Shown here: positions 39,794 to 57,003 of the stretch, one piece after another
Numbering within the stretch: the first letter of the stretch is position 1
Layout of the letters: each line of letters starts with the position of its first letter
Source: the human T2T-CHM13v2.0 reference genome, Homo sapiens
Assembly (NCBI RefSeq): GCF_009914755.1
Contig: NC_060940.1
Strand: one strand, 5' to 3'
DNA: 64,000 nt
Notes under the pieces: model-generated
What the model saw: the letters and a program-made list of their open reading frames with translations, nothing else
Database searches by the model: none
What the model was told of the DNA's origin: nothing
Made by a program: the position numbers and the translations under genes

Positions 39794-42589
39794 TCAAGTG
39801 GCCGGGCCTTCATTGCACACCAAAGCAAAGCAGTGCATTGAGTATTGCATTTGTTTAAAGGCCACAGACTTTCCCGTCAGATTTGTCTGTAAACTCCATA
39901 TAGTCCTGGAAGGGCACTAGGCCCCCCTGAGTTCCTCAGGGGTTCAAGGGTAACTTATCACCAGAAAAACTCCAGCGTCTCCAGGCCCAGAGAGTCAGGC
40001 TGGGAGCCCGCAGCCATCCATGAAGCCAGCTCCAGGGAGGTCTGGCCTTGAGCCTGCCCCGGCCTTATCTCCGAGAGGATATGTTCTCGCCCTACTCCAA
40101 GTGTTTGTCCAGAAGACCAAGGCCCAGGCAGGGTCCCGAAAAGGGAAGCGACACCCTTCAGTGATGAGAGGGAAGCATCCGCAGCCCAGCCCTGGCAGAG
40201 TCACAGAGAGAACGGATGGGGCTCCTGGCACAAGGACCCTGCGTCTTCTGTCCCCTCCCTCACTCAGACCCTCCCACAGGGTGCCCTCGCCATCCCATTG
40301 ACCTTCAGGCTGTGAGGGTGGCCTTTGGGTTCCCCGCCTTGGCCCCTGGCCACCTGCACGTCCTGCCCCTCCTCCCACTCCCAGGCGCCTCTGGGCCTCC
40401 GCTCAGGCCGTCAAACCCAGCTCCACCAGGCCCCGGCCGTGTGCCCTTGGACAAGTGCCGTCTCCAGAGCCTCAGCCCCCTGTTTGCAAGAGCTTGTGAG
40501 CTAAAGCGTGCCAGGCCCTGAGTGCGAGGCTGGGGTGAACTGGCATTCCTGCTGGCTCTGGCCTCTGGGACAGCACCTCCTCCAGCTCACTGCCCTCCAC
40601 CCTTCCAGCTACAGCTCCCTCCGGTGCCCCAGAACCGCCCGGCACTCCGGGGCTCCCAGGCTCATCTGGGCATGACTCCGCCCTCCCGACAGAGCCCTCT
40701 GCACACCCCCTCCCCACCCTGGCCCATCGCAGCTCTTCACGAAGACGCTTCATGGAACGGGTGATTTTCCTAAGCACTTTTCTTTCCATGATCTCATTTG
40801 GTCCTCACAGCACCTGGAGGAGGGCAGACAGGCTGTTGCTCCATTTTACAGGTAAGAAACGGAGGCTCGGAGCCCTGGGCTCCAGGCCAGCCTTCTCCCC
40901 TTCAGCTTCAGGGGGTTTCAAGATGGGGGAAGAGGGGCGCTGGCCAGGGGTTAAATGGTCTGCTGTCCACAGCCCCTGCATGGCCTATTACTCAGAACGG
41001 TCCTTTGAAAAGACACCCTTTAAACAAAGCCTCCCAGCCCAGCCAGGGGGAGCGGTGCCATTTCCCTGGGCCTGGCTTGACCCATCCCAAGGGTGGGGCT
41101 GTGCATTCGCTGACTCAGTCCTGGTCCTGGGCCGGGGATCCGGCCAGAGCCAGAGCCGCTCAGCCTCCCTGGCCCAGCCTCAGACCCACAGCACCGGCTC
41201 AGTTTATCTTCCTTGTCAGGAAAAGAGGGAAGTGGCCCTAGGGACGCTAAGGGCCACTCTTCTGGAAGAAAATGTGGACAAGCTGTTCAGGCCAGTGAGA
41301 AGGGATGGTTCTTTGCAGCCAGTTCCTGCAACAGCCCAGAAACAGAAAATAGAGCCGCCCAGGGGCTTCGATGCCAAGCCAGACCCGGGTCTGCACCCAG
41401 CTCCTCCAGCTCCCAGCACCGTGACCTTGGGAGACCTTGGGAGACCTTGGGAACCCCTCCAGCCCGTTTCCTTATCTACAAAATGGAGAAAAGGCTGCCT
41501 AATAATTATCCTTGTAGGGAAGGGCAATCAGGATGTTGAAAGGAGGTTGTGTAGTCTAGGAAATGTTGGGCACAGTGCCAGACACATAAGTAGTCCTCGA
41601 AGAACGTCACTTATTTTTAAAAAGCTTGCTTATTGGTAAAATTCACCAGAAATCCTCCAGGGAGAGGCAGAGTGAGAAAAAACTACATTGCCAGAGTAGG
41701 GGGTTATGGGGGAACCCTCGGTGAGGGAGGAGCAGGAGAAGTGGATGCTGCGATGCCGCCGGATGCTGCGGATGCTGTGGCCATGAGCGAGGGTGGGACC
41801 CCCAGCAGCCAGCAGGACGGGGAGGTGGTGCCTGGCACGGGGAGGGGCATGGAGAGGAGGAAGGGGAGAAGGGCCAAGTGAGCCTCCAATCTGAGTGATC
41901 TGGGGCCATGTAAGAGGTTTTTAGGGGGTTGGGGGGTAGTCAGTGGGCCTGAGTAACTCTGACACGATCCCATCAGAGAGCAGGAGCAGGGGAAGCGGTG
42001 TTCAAGAGCTGTTGTCGTGGCGGGAGGTTGGTCTCACTTGGATGTTCTTTCAAAGTCCCTTGGCAGTTGCAAAGCAGAGATTGAAACTTTCTTCAACATC
42101 TGCCCGGGTTGCACATTTCTGTCCTCAGCTGATGGTAGGAAGGCCTGGCGGAAGGCCCCAAAAGGAGGGAAACACACCAAGGGCCGGGTCTCAGTCAGGG
42201 TGCAGCCCCCACACGCAGATCAGGACCCAGAGGAGTCATGGAGAGCCCAGGCTGCCGCCCCCACGCTCTCAAGCCAGAAGGAGCCTTGGGGTTAAGCGGG
42301 GGCGTGTGTTCCCCGGCACACGTGTTCATTCCTAAGGCCACCCCAGCCAACGGCTGCAAATGCAGAGGCTGAAACCAGCCTAACACGTGGAAGGCCCCAG
42401 GGCCACGCCATTCAGTGTGATTTCAGCGCCGCGTTAATGGGGGGAATGTCGCTTCCCGGCTGGGGCCCCTGTGTGTGCGGCGTCTGCACACTCCCGTGTC
42501 TGCGTGGGTTTTCTAGGGGCACTCCGCTTTCCTCCTACATCAAAGATGGGATGTGAAGGAAATGGCACGTCTGCGTGGTGCCAGCCTGA

Positions 42590-43700
42590 GTGGCTGTGAG
42601 TGTGGGTGAGTGGGTGTGGGTGTGTGGGTGTGGTGAGTGGGTGTGGGTGAGTGGGTGTGGGTGTGAGTGGTGTGGGAGTGGGTGAGTGGGTGTGAGTGAG
42701 TGTATGGGTGTGAGTGGGTGTGGGTGAGTGGGTGTGTGTGGGTGTGAGTGTGGGTGAGTGGGTGTGGGTGTGAGTGGTGTGGGAGTGGGTGAGTGGGTGT
42801 GAGTGAGTGTATGGGTGTGAGTGGGTGTGGGTGAGTGGGTGTGTGTGGGTGTGAGTGTGGGTGAGTGGGTGTGGGTGTGAGTGGTGTGGGAGTGGGTGAG
42901 TGGGTGTGAGTGAGTGTATGGGTGTGAGTGGGTGTGGGTGAGTGGGTGTGTGTGGGTGTGAGTGTGGGTGAGTGGGTGTGGGTGTGAGTGGTGTGGGAGT
43001 GGGTGAGTGGGTGTGAGTGAGTGTATGGGTGTGAGTGGGTGTGGGTGAGTGGGTGTGTGTGGGTGTGAGTGTGGGTGAGTGGGTGTGGGTGTGAGTGGTG
43101 TGGGAGTGGGTGAGTGGGTGTGAGTGAGTGTATGGGTGTGAGTGGTTGTGGGTGAGTAGGTGTGTGTGGGTGTGAGTGTGGGTGAGTGGGTGTGGGTGTC
43201 AGTGGGGGTGTGGGTGTGGATAAATGGGCGTGGGTGAGTGGCTGTGAGTGTGGGTGAGTGGGTGTGGGTGTGGATGAATGGGTATGGGTGTGGGTGAGTG
43301 GGTGTGGGTGAATGGGTGTGGGTGAATGGGTATGGGTGAGTAGGTGTGGGTGACAGTGTGAGTGGCTGTGAATGGGTGTGGGAGTGGGTGTGGGTGAGTG
43401 GCTGTGGATGTGGGTGAGTGGGTGTAGTTCAGTGGGTGTGAGTGGGTGTGGGTGTGAGTGGGTAGGGGTGTGGGTGAGTGGGTGTGAGTGGGTGTGGGTG
43501 AGTGGGCGTGGGTGAGTGGGTGTGGGTGTGAGTGGGTAGGGGTGTGGGTGTGGGTGAGTGGGTGTGGGTGAGTGGGCATGGGTGTGAGTGGGTGTGGGTG
43601 AGTGGGCCTGGGTGTGGATAAGTGGGTGTGGGCATGGGTGTGGATGTGGGCGTTGGTGAGTGGGTGTGGCAAGGGCATGGTGTGGGCATGGGCATGGCTG
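42590..43700. repeat. G/T-rich tandem repeat (TGGGTG/TGAG units) with a 107-bp higher-order unit x5 at 42665-43199
   Basis: The marker gagtggtgtggga recurs at 42665, 42772, 42879, 42986 and 43093. Confidence 0.95.
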
Positions 43701-43707
43701 TGTTGAG

Positions 43708-43955
43708 TCGGGGAGATTCATCCCTTGCTTGCCTTTTCCAGCTTCCTAGAGGTCACCCGCATCCCTTGGCTCATGGTCTCCTTCCTCCGTCTTCAAAATG
43801 CATCACTCCAACCTCAGAGTCTATTGTCCCATCTCCCCTCTGACTCTGACCCCCTCACCTCCCTCTTAGAAAGGGCCCCTGTGATGACATTGGGCTCGCC
43901 CAGTTAATTCAGGAAAACCTCCCCATCCAAAGGTCCTCAACTTAATCACATTTGC
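43708..43955 (-). mobile_element. MLT1B/C-like LTR fragment (similar fragment at ~35840-36320)
   Basis: ccttgcttgccttttccagcttcctagaggtcacccgcatcccttggctc...gtgatgacattgggc...cttaatcacatttgc. Confidence 0.7.
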
Positions 43956-45639
43956 CTTTCCTTCCTTCCCACTATCTGGGATGTAGACATGATGGCAGGA
44001 GCTGAAGCAACCACTTTGGATCCAGAGGTTAAAAAACCATGCGCTGTGCCCTTAGATTCTGACACTGGAGAAATTCTTAAAAATTAAAAATAACAACAGC
44101 AAAGCAAACCCCACGTGTTGAAGCTAGCAGAGCTGCCCTCCCAGCCCCGGGCCACCTCCCTCTGTGCTATCGGAGAGAAACAAGCATCTATCTTGTTTAG
44201 GATCGTGTACTACAGGGCCTCTTTTTCACCACAGCTTACACAGTGACTAGCTCAGACCCTTGGGCCTCTGTGTCTGAGATGTGCCTCCGGTGAACTCCCC
44301 GGGCCTCTGCCTCCTCTCTCCTGCTCCTCACCACTGCTGAGCTTGTGGAAAGTGCAGGCAAGATGATCAAATTCCTTGTGACTCAGGCAGAGAGGGAGAC
44401 TTGCCCACAGCCCTGGCCACGGACCTGCAGCATCAGCTTTGGGACCCCTGGGAGCTGGTTAGAAATGCTGATGCTCTGGTTCCAGCTCAAACCTTGTGCA
44501 TTGACCTTCGAATTGTAATGAGCCCTCAACCAGTGGGCCTGCACGCTGCCGCTGGAGAAGCTCCGGGCTCAGCCCTGCAGAGTTTCGCATCGTCCCTATC
44601 CCCTCCCACTCCTTTCACCCCAAGTTACTGGACTTCCAGCTGCACCCCAAATCCCTAGGGCTATTCAGGCCCCCATGAGGGAGGTGGGCTGCAGGCAGGT
44701 CTAGACTCCCCATCTGTGCTCTAATGAAGGCAATACCACATTTTCTGTTTTATTCGACAGGGCTCTGCATAAGATTAATTTGCTCAAGTAGAGAAGTCAG
44801 CAAGTCCTCATCCTGACTAACGTTCACTTTGGGGAATGCTGGAGGCTGGCAGGGCCTGAGGCAGCAGAGGCAGTGGCTGCAGGGAGCTGCGGGAACCCAG
44901 GTTCGCTGCCTTACATCCATAACTGACAATCCCCTAGCTTCCTTTGGAGGAAGCTAACTCCGTGGAGTCTCATCTCCAGGTGCATTTGACACCGTTATTT
45001 CTGTTTAGCTAGTGTTGGTTTTAGGTGATTTCAATGCATTTATTTAGTGGTTGAATGTTTACTACTTGCCAGGCCCTGATCTCTGTGTCGGGAATACCCC
45101 ACTGGTGACAACCAGTCAACTTTCCTCCTGCAGGCTGTGTCTTAGTGCCGGAGATAGACAATTAACACATAAGACAGATGGTGCGTCAGTGGACACACCT
45201 GCTCCAGGGAAAAAAGGGGAAGGGGAGCTTCCTGGAAGAGGAAGAAAGTGGAAGGCCCCACGGGTACAATTACACTGAGCAGCAGAGAAAGAGGTGAGGG
45301 TATGAGTCCAGGGAAGAGATGTCCAGGCAGAGGGAAGAGCCAGTGCAGGGGCCCTGAGGTCAGAGCATCCTGGTGTTTGCCAAACCTCAAGGCTGGCCAG
45401 AACATCCTGGCTGGAGTAAGGGGAGGCAGCAGGAAGGACACCAGGAGAGTGGGCAGGCACGGGTTCATGGGAGCAGCTGGTCTGGCCTAGCAGATGCTGC
45501 TGGAGGCCCCAGCTGTGCCCCTCTGAATGCACAGTGTGGCTCATGCCAGCGGCTTCTTTCCTGCAGTCCCTGAGGGCTTTCTCTGACTGCAGGAGCAAAC
45601 TCAGGGTTCGTAAGGGGCTGGCCAAAAGGGCTGGAGAGG

Positions 45640-45752
45640 AGGGTGCCTAACTCATTCCCGTCTGCCCAGGGCATTCCTGGTTTCAGCATTGAAAGTCCCA
45701 CGTCCCAGACAACCCCTCAGTGCCAGGCAATCTGGGACAGCTGGTCACCCTA
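45640..45752. mobile_element. MER81-like hAT-Blackjack MITE, nested in a probable LTR16-like ERVL LTR (~45490-46340)
   Basis: Termini agggtg...ggtcacccta and internal gcattgaaagtcccacgtccc; host end caggctctgcttctgggggacccaatctcaaaca. Confidence 0.65.
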
Positions 45753-45831
45753 CGAGGAGCTGATGTCCCCAGAGCAGCCCTCCAGCAAGGAAGGTCAAGA
45801 ACAGGTGTGGATGGCCGGGCCCAATGGCTCA

Positions 45832-46206
<375 letters not shown>

Positions 46207-47442
46207 TTATTGCCTTCCCCACCCTGCCTTACTTCCCCATTCCCTCACCTGTGCTCCCTGGGAGCACCTCCCTCTCCTTAAACTATTCGTACTCAATTCC
46301 TTGCTTCAGGCTCTGCTTCTGGGGGACCCAATCTCAAACACAAGGAAGAAGGGCTCATGAATATTTGGAGGGTCTAGGCCACCGCTTTGAGCTGCCCCTG
46401 ACTTGTCAGGAAGGTTCTTGAAATTTTGGGCTGTCCTTGTCATGAGGGCCCTCTAGCCCTGTGCAAAGTCCTGGCCTTGAATCAGAGCACGTCACAGCTG
46501 AGAAGCAGGAATACGGTGCATGCCAAGCACTGAGGTCACCCCCGAGTGCTCTGCCACGGCCACCTCGCCCTCCGACCCCTTCCGCAGCCCGTCCTCAGCG
46601 GGAGGTGGCCAGATCACAGCTGTGGGGAGCTGTCTGTGTCCTCAGGCGCACTGCTGGGAACCCCTGGGCTAGGGGGTGGCTCCTGCCCGCTGCCAGGCTA
46701 TCCGCCGCCCAGCCGGTATCCCAGTGCTGACTCTGGCCTGCCTGCCTGGCGTGGCTTCCGGCCTGTCGTCAGCTGCTTGGTCTGGAGCCTAGGGGCTGAC
46801 CTTGGCCTGTCAGCCTGGCCTGCACTTGTTCTGTTTCCTTTGCCCGGCTCTGCCGATGCTGAGCTCAACTTGCTTTCTTGGCCTTCAGCCCCTGGCCTCC
46901 CTCTCTCCATTGCCAGGGGGAGGCCAGATGAGATGATGAACTTAGCAGGGCAGCCTGCGGCCCTCTTCTGTGCTGTGACCTGGCAGGGGCTTTGGTCCAG
47001 CCAGTCACACATGGGCGAGGGTGGCCTTCCCCAGCCAGCCAGGTGGCCCCTGCTGTTCTGTGCCAAGCCTGGGGGGTGCCGTGTGATCACAACCCCCAGA
47101 AACAGTGGACACTGGAGCACAACTCCCCACACACCAAGCAGACGGGTCCTCGAGGTGTCTGTGAGTCACGACTCACAGCTGCAGCTACCTCCCCGCATTC
47201 ACGGCAAAACTCAAGCCTCCCTCCAGCCAGCCCAGACCCTGGTCCTTGCTGCTGGGAGCTGCAGGAAAACCTGTCCTCGTTCAGTTCCAACTCTAACGAG
47301 CGTTCCAGAAGCCCTTTCCCACCACCTGAATTTCATCCTGCACCAATGCCAGCTCACCGAAAGTTCTTTTTTTCTCCAGCTAACTTCACTGAATTGGCTA
47401 AATAACAATTTTGTTTTTTTGATCACGGCCATAAAAGAATGA

Positions 47443-47976
<534 letters not shown>

Positions 47977-48461
47977 TTAATTAATTAATTTAAAAATATA
48001 TTTTGTAGAGACGGGGTTTCAGCTTGCTGCTCAGTCTGGTCTTGAATTCCTGGCCTCAAACCATCCGTCCGCCTTGGCCTCCCAAAGTGATTTGACTCCT
48101 GGCTGCAAACCACTATTTTCTAAAGGAGAGTCCCATTTTCTTTCAGATGAAAAGATTATTTTAGAACCAAAGACAACTTTGCCTTTAATGGGATGAGCCC
48201 TTAACAAGTGAATCCCACATCCTTTTTTGAATCTCAGTTATTTCATCTATAATAAGTCTGTTTTATGTCCAAAATTCAAATCTAGGTGTTTTCAGTTCCT
48301 GCTGGAACCTTTGCAATGTGAATGGATTTATGAAGCACAGTAAAGAAAACGCCCTTGTTCTTGGCCGTGTTCACATTATAGAAGAAGTAGAAACTCCTGG
48401 CCGGGCGCGGTGGCGCACGCCTATAATCCCAGCACTTTGGGAGGCCGAGGCGGGTGGATCA

Positions 48462-48674
<213 letters not shown>

Positions 48675-48871
48675 TCAAAAAAAAAAAAAAAAAAAAGAAG
48701 AAGAAGTAGAATTGGATTGGTTGTGACATCAAGAAAGGCTAAATGCTGATGTGATTATTACCCATTGTATGCCGGTTTCAAACAATCTCATGGGCCCCAT
48801 AAATATATATACCTACTATGTACCCACAAAAATTAAAAATTAAAAAATTTTATTTAAGAAAAAGAATAGCA

Positions 48872-49393
<522 letters not shown>

Positions 49394-49444
49394 TCAAAAA
49401 AAAAAAAAAAGAAAGAAAGAAGAAGAAAAATAATTGTTACCATT

Positions 49445-50070
<626 letters not shown>

Positions 50071-50909
50071 TGCTCAGTGTTTACAAATGCCATGTCCAGT
50101 CTCAGTTAATGCTCGTAACATCCATAGGAGGGGAACTGACTACTGTCCCCATTTTACAATTGAAGAAACAGGGCTCAGAGAGGTTAAGTTACTTGCCCAA
50201 GAGCACACAGCAAGATTCAGACCTCCACCTTCCAGGGGGCCAGAGGTGCCCTGGGTAACTCATTCTGGAATAGCTGAGGTTCCTTTTGGAATCAGCATTT
50301 TTTGACCCTTCTGTCTTCTTGTGGGTTTTGTTTTTCCAAATCAAAACCAGTTGTTGTTGTTTTGATTTAATTGGGTCCTGGTAAGACTTCCCCAAAGCAG
50401 GAAACGATGTTTTTCCAGAATAAATGAAAACAGTTTACACAACAATTGTCAAATGCTGTAACAGGAAATAAATCATATAGAATAACGCTGAAGAGCTGAA
50501 ATGAATCTGTGTGAGCAGCTGAGTTTAACCCCAAAATGTTCCAGCTTTTATGAAAACATCTTTCCCCTCTTTTTACATGTTTGTTTCCATTTTATTTTTT
50601 CTTGCACAGATTTTCCAGACCAGGCTTTCTGAGAGGCTGTTAATGAGCCAAACCATTCTGCTAACCGTCGTTTTCAGAAGGGCCACCCGGCTCACGGTTC
50701 TCTTTCTTCAGGCAAAGCCATCAAGACCCCGGTGAGTGTTGTCCAAATGTCTCGCAGTTCATCAGCGTTCTCCGCCTCAGGATTCCAGATGTGGGGGCCC
50801 CCTCCCATAGAGAGGCCACAGGCCATTCTGTCAGCCTGGGCCCCCGAAAGCCCTCCCTGTTAGGATCCCCATCCCTGTCCTCCTGAATCTAGGAGGCTCA
50901 GAAATCTGA

Positions 50910-51220
<311 letters not shown>

Positions 51221-51875
51221 TGAGCCACGGCGCCTGGCCGACCCCCTGCTGTCCTAAAGAAAACCTGGGCAGGCCGGGCACGGTGGCTTACGCCTGTAAT
51301 CCCAGCACTTTGGGAGGCTGAAGCAGGAGGGTCACCTGAGGTCAGGAGTTCAAGACCAGCCTAGTCAACAGGGTGAAACCCTATCTCTACTAAAAATACA
51401 AAAATTAGCCAGGCATAGTGGCAGGAGCCTGTAATCCCAGCTACTGGGAAGGCTGAGGCAGAAGAATCGCTTAAACCTGGGAGGCAGAGGTTGCTGTGAG
51501 CCACCCACAGCCTGGGTGACAAGAGTGAGACTCTGTCTCAAAAAAGAAAAAAAAAACCTGGGCAGACAGAATCGTGTACCCAGGAAGGAATTGTAATCGT
51601 GTGCAATTCCTTGAGTCCAGCTAGGAGCTGAGGCCTCTGTGGGTGAGTTCGCTGAGGAAAGGGTTCTTGGGATGATGGAGTACTCTGGCCACCCCCGACC
51701 CCAGCTCAGACCAGCCCAGCCCAGTGGGCAGCAATGCCTGGCCCAGAGAACAAACCTCTGAAGGTTTAAGAGCGGCTGAAGACCTATGAAAAGTGGTCAA
51801 CTGCAGCTTTCAACGTTGCTGCAACTTCAACAAATGACTTTTACTTGTTTCTACTTCCCTGTTCCCAAAACATGA

Positions 51876-52127
<252 letters not shown>

Positions 52128-52414
52128 TAGCTGGGATTACAGGCTCCTGCCACCACGCCCAGCTAATTTTTGTATTTTTAGTAGACATGGGGTTTCACCA
52201 TGTTGGCCAGGCTGGTCTCGAACTCCTGACCTCAAGTGATTCACCCTCCTCGGCCTCCCAAAGTGCTGGGATTAGAAGTGTTAGCCACCGCACCTGGCCT
52301 ATTCAAAAAATTCTCTATGGAGCTTCCACCATATACAAGGTATGGACAAGCAGGAACTGAACACACACAGCCCTGCCCACCCGGCGCTGACAGCAGGAGA
52401 GACAGACCATGCGA

Positions 52415-53173
<759 letters not shown>

Positions 53174-55119
53174 TGATTACTGGGGGCTCTGACCCCGTTT
53201 AGGAAGACGGGGACTGTGCCCATGAGATCTGAAGGGGGAAGGGCGTTCTTGAGGCAAGAAGGCTGGGGTGGAATTCCACACAAAGGCAACAGCACAGGGG
53301 CAGGGTGAGTCCAGGTCTGGAGAGATGGCCTGCGGCGAGGCCCCATGCATCCCAGGGAAGGTTCCGGAACACCCTGCACACGCACAGTCTCCACCATCCT
53401 CTCTAGGCCTGGCCTCGCATCAGACAGGGCCCTTGTGAGAGCTGCCTCAAATGTGACATTTCCACCAGAGCCCCGGCCCCCGTGCCCGCCTTGCCAGCCT
53501 CGGCCTGTGGGGGCTGCCACTCTCCACAGGTCCTCGTCCCTGTCGGCCGAGGGCAGCATTCCCGCAGCGGGGAACGATCAGCAGAGATTGGGAAATAGGG
53601 TAACTTGTTCCAGATGTCCGGAGCAAATCCAGGCCTGGCTTCTCTAAGGGACTGTTTGGCTTTCTGAAGTTTACAAACAGCAGGATGAGAGGCCCCTCCT
53701 GAGAGGCGGCCAGGACCCCCCGTGTGTGATCATGTGCGTGAGGGGGGCTCAGGGCTGCGGAATGCCATCCAGTGTCACCTGAAGTCCACACACACAGCCT
53801 GGGGCCCACGTCCACGCTTCCCCACCCAGGGATGCCGGCCTTGGGAAACCCCCTGTAGGACCAGCTGCCCCCGGCCTCTGGAGGCGTTTGGCAGGTGGGA
53901 GGTGTCTGCAAGAGACTGGAGAGGGCTGGAGGAGCTGAGTCGCATCCACTCCCCCAATTCCCTCTCTGCAGGGCCGCATGGGCCAGCTGCGTCCCGTGTC
54001 CCCAACCTTACCCTCGGGCCTCAGTGCTGGGCGCTCCTGCCGTTGCCGGCCCTGGTGCTGCCCGTGCGCCGCCTGCGGTGTCCCGGAGCCCACCCATCCC
54101 TGCACCTTTGAGCACAGTCCTTTTCCTGAGCGCTCCCTAAATTATCCCAACTCAAGTGTGACTTCGGGGCCTGCTCTTCCCAACCCCCTTCCCCAGTAAG
54201 TGGCTTTTGCCTGTGCCTTGATGAACACCTGAAGCGAGACCCAGAGACACTCAACTCCCCGACAGCCCTGGTTCCAAACCGGAGCTGCAGCAGTTGCTGA
54301 GCGCGGCTCCTTCACGCCTTCCTGCCGTGAGTGTTCCTCACCGCCGAGGCTTCCTCCTCCTGCTCCCAAACCGTGTCCACTTTTAAGAGGGGACTTTCTA
54401 GAACGTGCTTCCGAACGGTACCTATGTGATGAGGGGCTGAGCATGAAATAAAGACAAGGGCATGAGTGTAGAGGCCAGGCAGACCTGACTCGCCCCTCAC
54501 TCCCCAGGACCCGGACCTCTCTGGATCTGCATCCTCCCCCTAGTAAAATGGGAGACACACCGCTATCCAGACAACTGGGATTCCTGGACCAGTCTTTTCT
54601 TTTGAGGTGAGCACACCCGCCCCGCAACCCAGATGGACTAGGGTGACCTTCTCCCCACCCCACTCGCACCTCAACAGGCACATTTCCCCATCTGCCCTTG
54701 GGCTGAGTGACACAGTGGCTGGGCCAGGGATGGTTTGACACCGCAGGACATGTCAGCGTATTTTTCCAACATACTCTCCGCCTGACTCATTCAGTGGGAG
54801 ACACTCACATGAGCTCCCCGCCCGAGAGGCCCTCTGGCACCGCAGACCCAACACATAAACAGGTCCTCTCTCCTTCCAGAAGCTTCTGGAGCCCATTGTG
54901 CTTTAGATTCATCCACCCTTCCTCCAGACGCTGGGCATCTCTCTCCTCTCCTCTCCTGCTGACCCCACCATTCGGATGGCGCCTGTCACCCTAACTGTCT
55001 GCACACCCCAGGTTCCTCCCCACCCCACCCCTCTGCCCTCCTTTTTGTCTGATTTGCCAACTGGTCCTCCTGGTTCTGCCTTGTCCGCTGTGGTGTTTTG
55101 TTTTTAGGGTTTTAAAACT

Positions 55120-56250
<1,131 letters not shown>

Positions 56251-56492
56251 GCACTGTAGCAGTTTATCTTTTGTATTTTGTTTTTTAGAGACAGGGTCTT
56301 GCTCTGTCGCCCAGGCTGGAGTGCAGTGGTGTGATCATAGCTCACTGCAGCCTCGACCTCTTGTTTTTGTAGAGACAAGGGTCTTGCTATGTTGCCCAGG
56401 CTGATCTTGAACTTTTGGCCCTCAAGTCATCCCCCCACCTCTGCCTCCCAAAGTGCTGGGGTTACAGGAGTGAGTCATTACACTCAGCCCAC

Positions 56493-57003
56493 TGTGGCAG
56501 TTTTAAAATATGTTCTCACGTTCTTTGACCTCCTCCCTTTAAAAGGTGGAGCCTAATTCCCATCCCCTTAAGTATGGATCACACACAGTGGTGGCTTCTA
56601 ACAAATAGAACATGGTGGGAGGGATGCTATGTCGCCTGTAAGGCTAGTCTTACAAGGGCCAGCCTGTGGCTGGCTCCCCTCTTTGCTCCCTCACTCTGGG
56701 GAAGCCACAGCCATGTCGTGAGGATGCTCAGACAGCCCATGGGAAGGCCCACGGAGAAGGCAACTGAGGCCTCCTGCCAAGGCCAACGCAGACACGGCAG
56801 TCGTGGGAGTGGCCACCCTGGAAGTAGGTCCTCTGGTTGTGATGAAGTCCTCAGGCCAGCATCCTGACCCCAGGAAACCCAAGTCACAACTGCCCCCACT
56901 GAGCTATTCCCAAATACCTGGTCCACAGAGACCAAGACAGACAGCAAATGTTTATGACTCAGTTTTAGGGTGACATGTTCCACAGCCATTGATAACTAAG
57001 ACA
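56493..57003 (+). mobile_element. MLT1F/G-like LTR
   Basis: tgtggcagttttaaaatatg...aaaaggtggagcctaattccc...ttttagggtgacatgttccacagccattgataactaagaca. Confidence 0.7.

Noticed and set aside
41423-41452. gaccttggga x3
   Set aside because: Minor slippage duplication within a MIR fragment.
40752-41639. 295-aa ORF (and the 298-aa ORF at 46546-47442)
   Set aside because: No recognisable homology, typical of chance ORFs in GC-rich DNA; the first crosses MIR fragments.
42540-43721. 393-aa His/Pro/Thr-rich ORF
   Set aside because: Translation of the C/A-rich strand of the tandem repeat, which is nearly stop-free in all frames.
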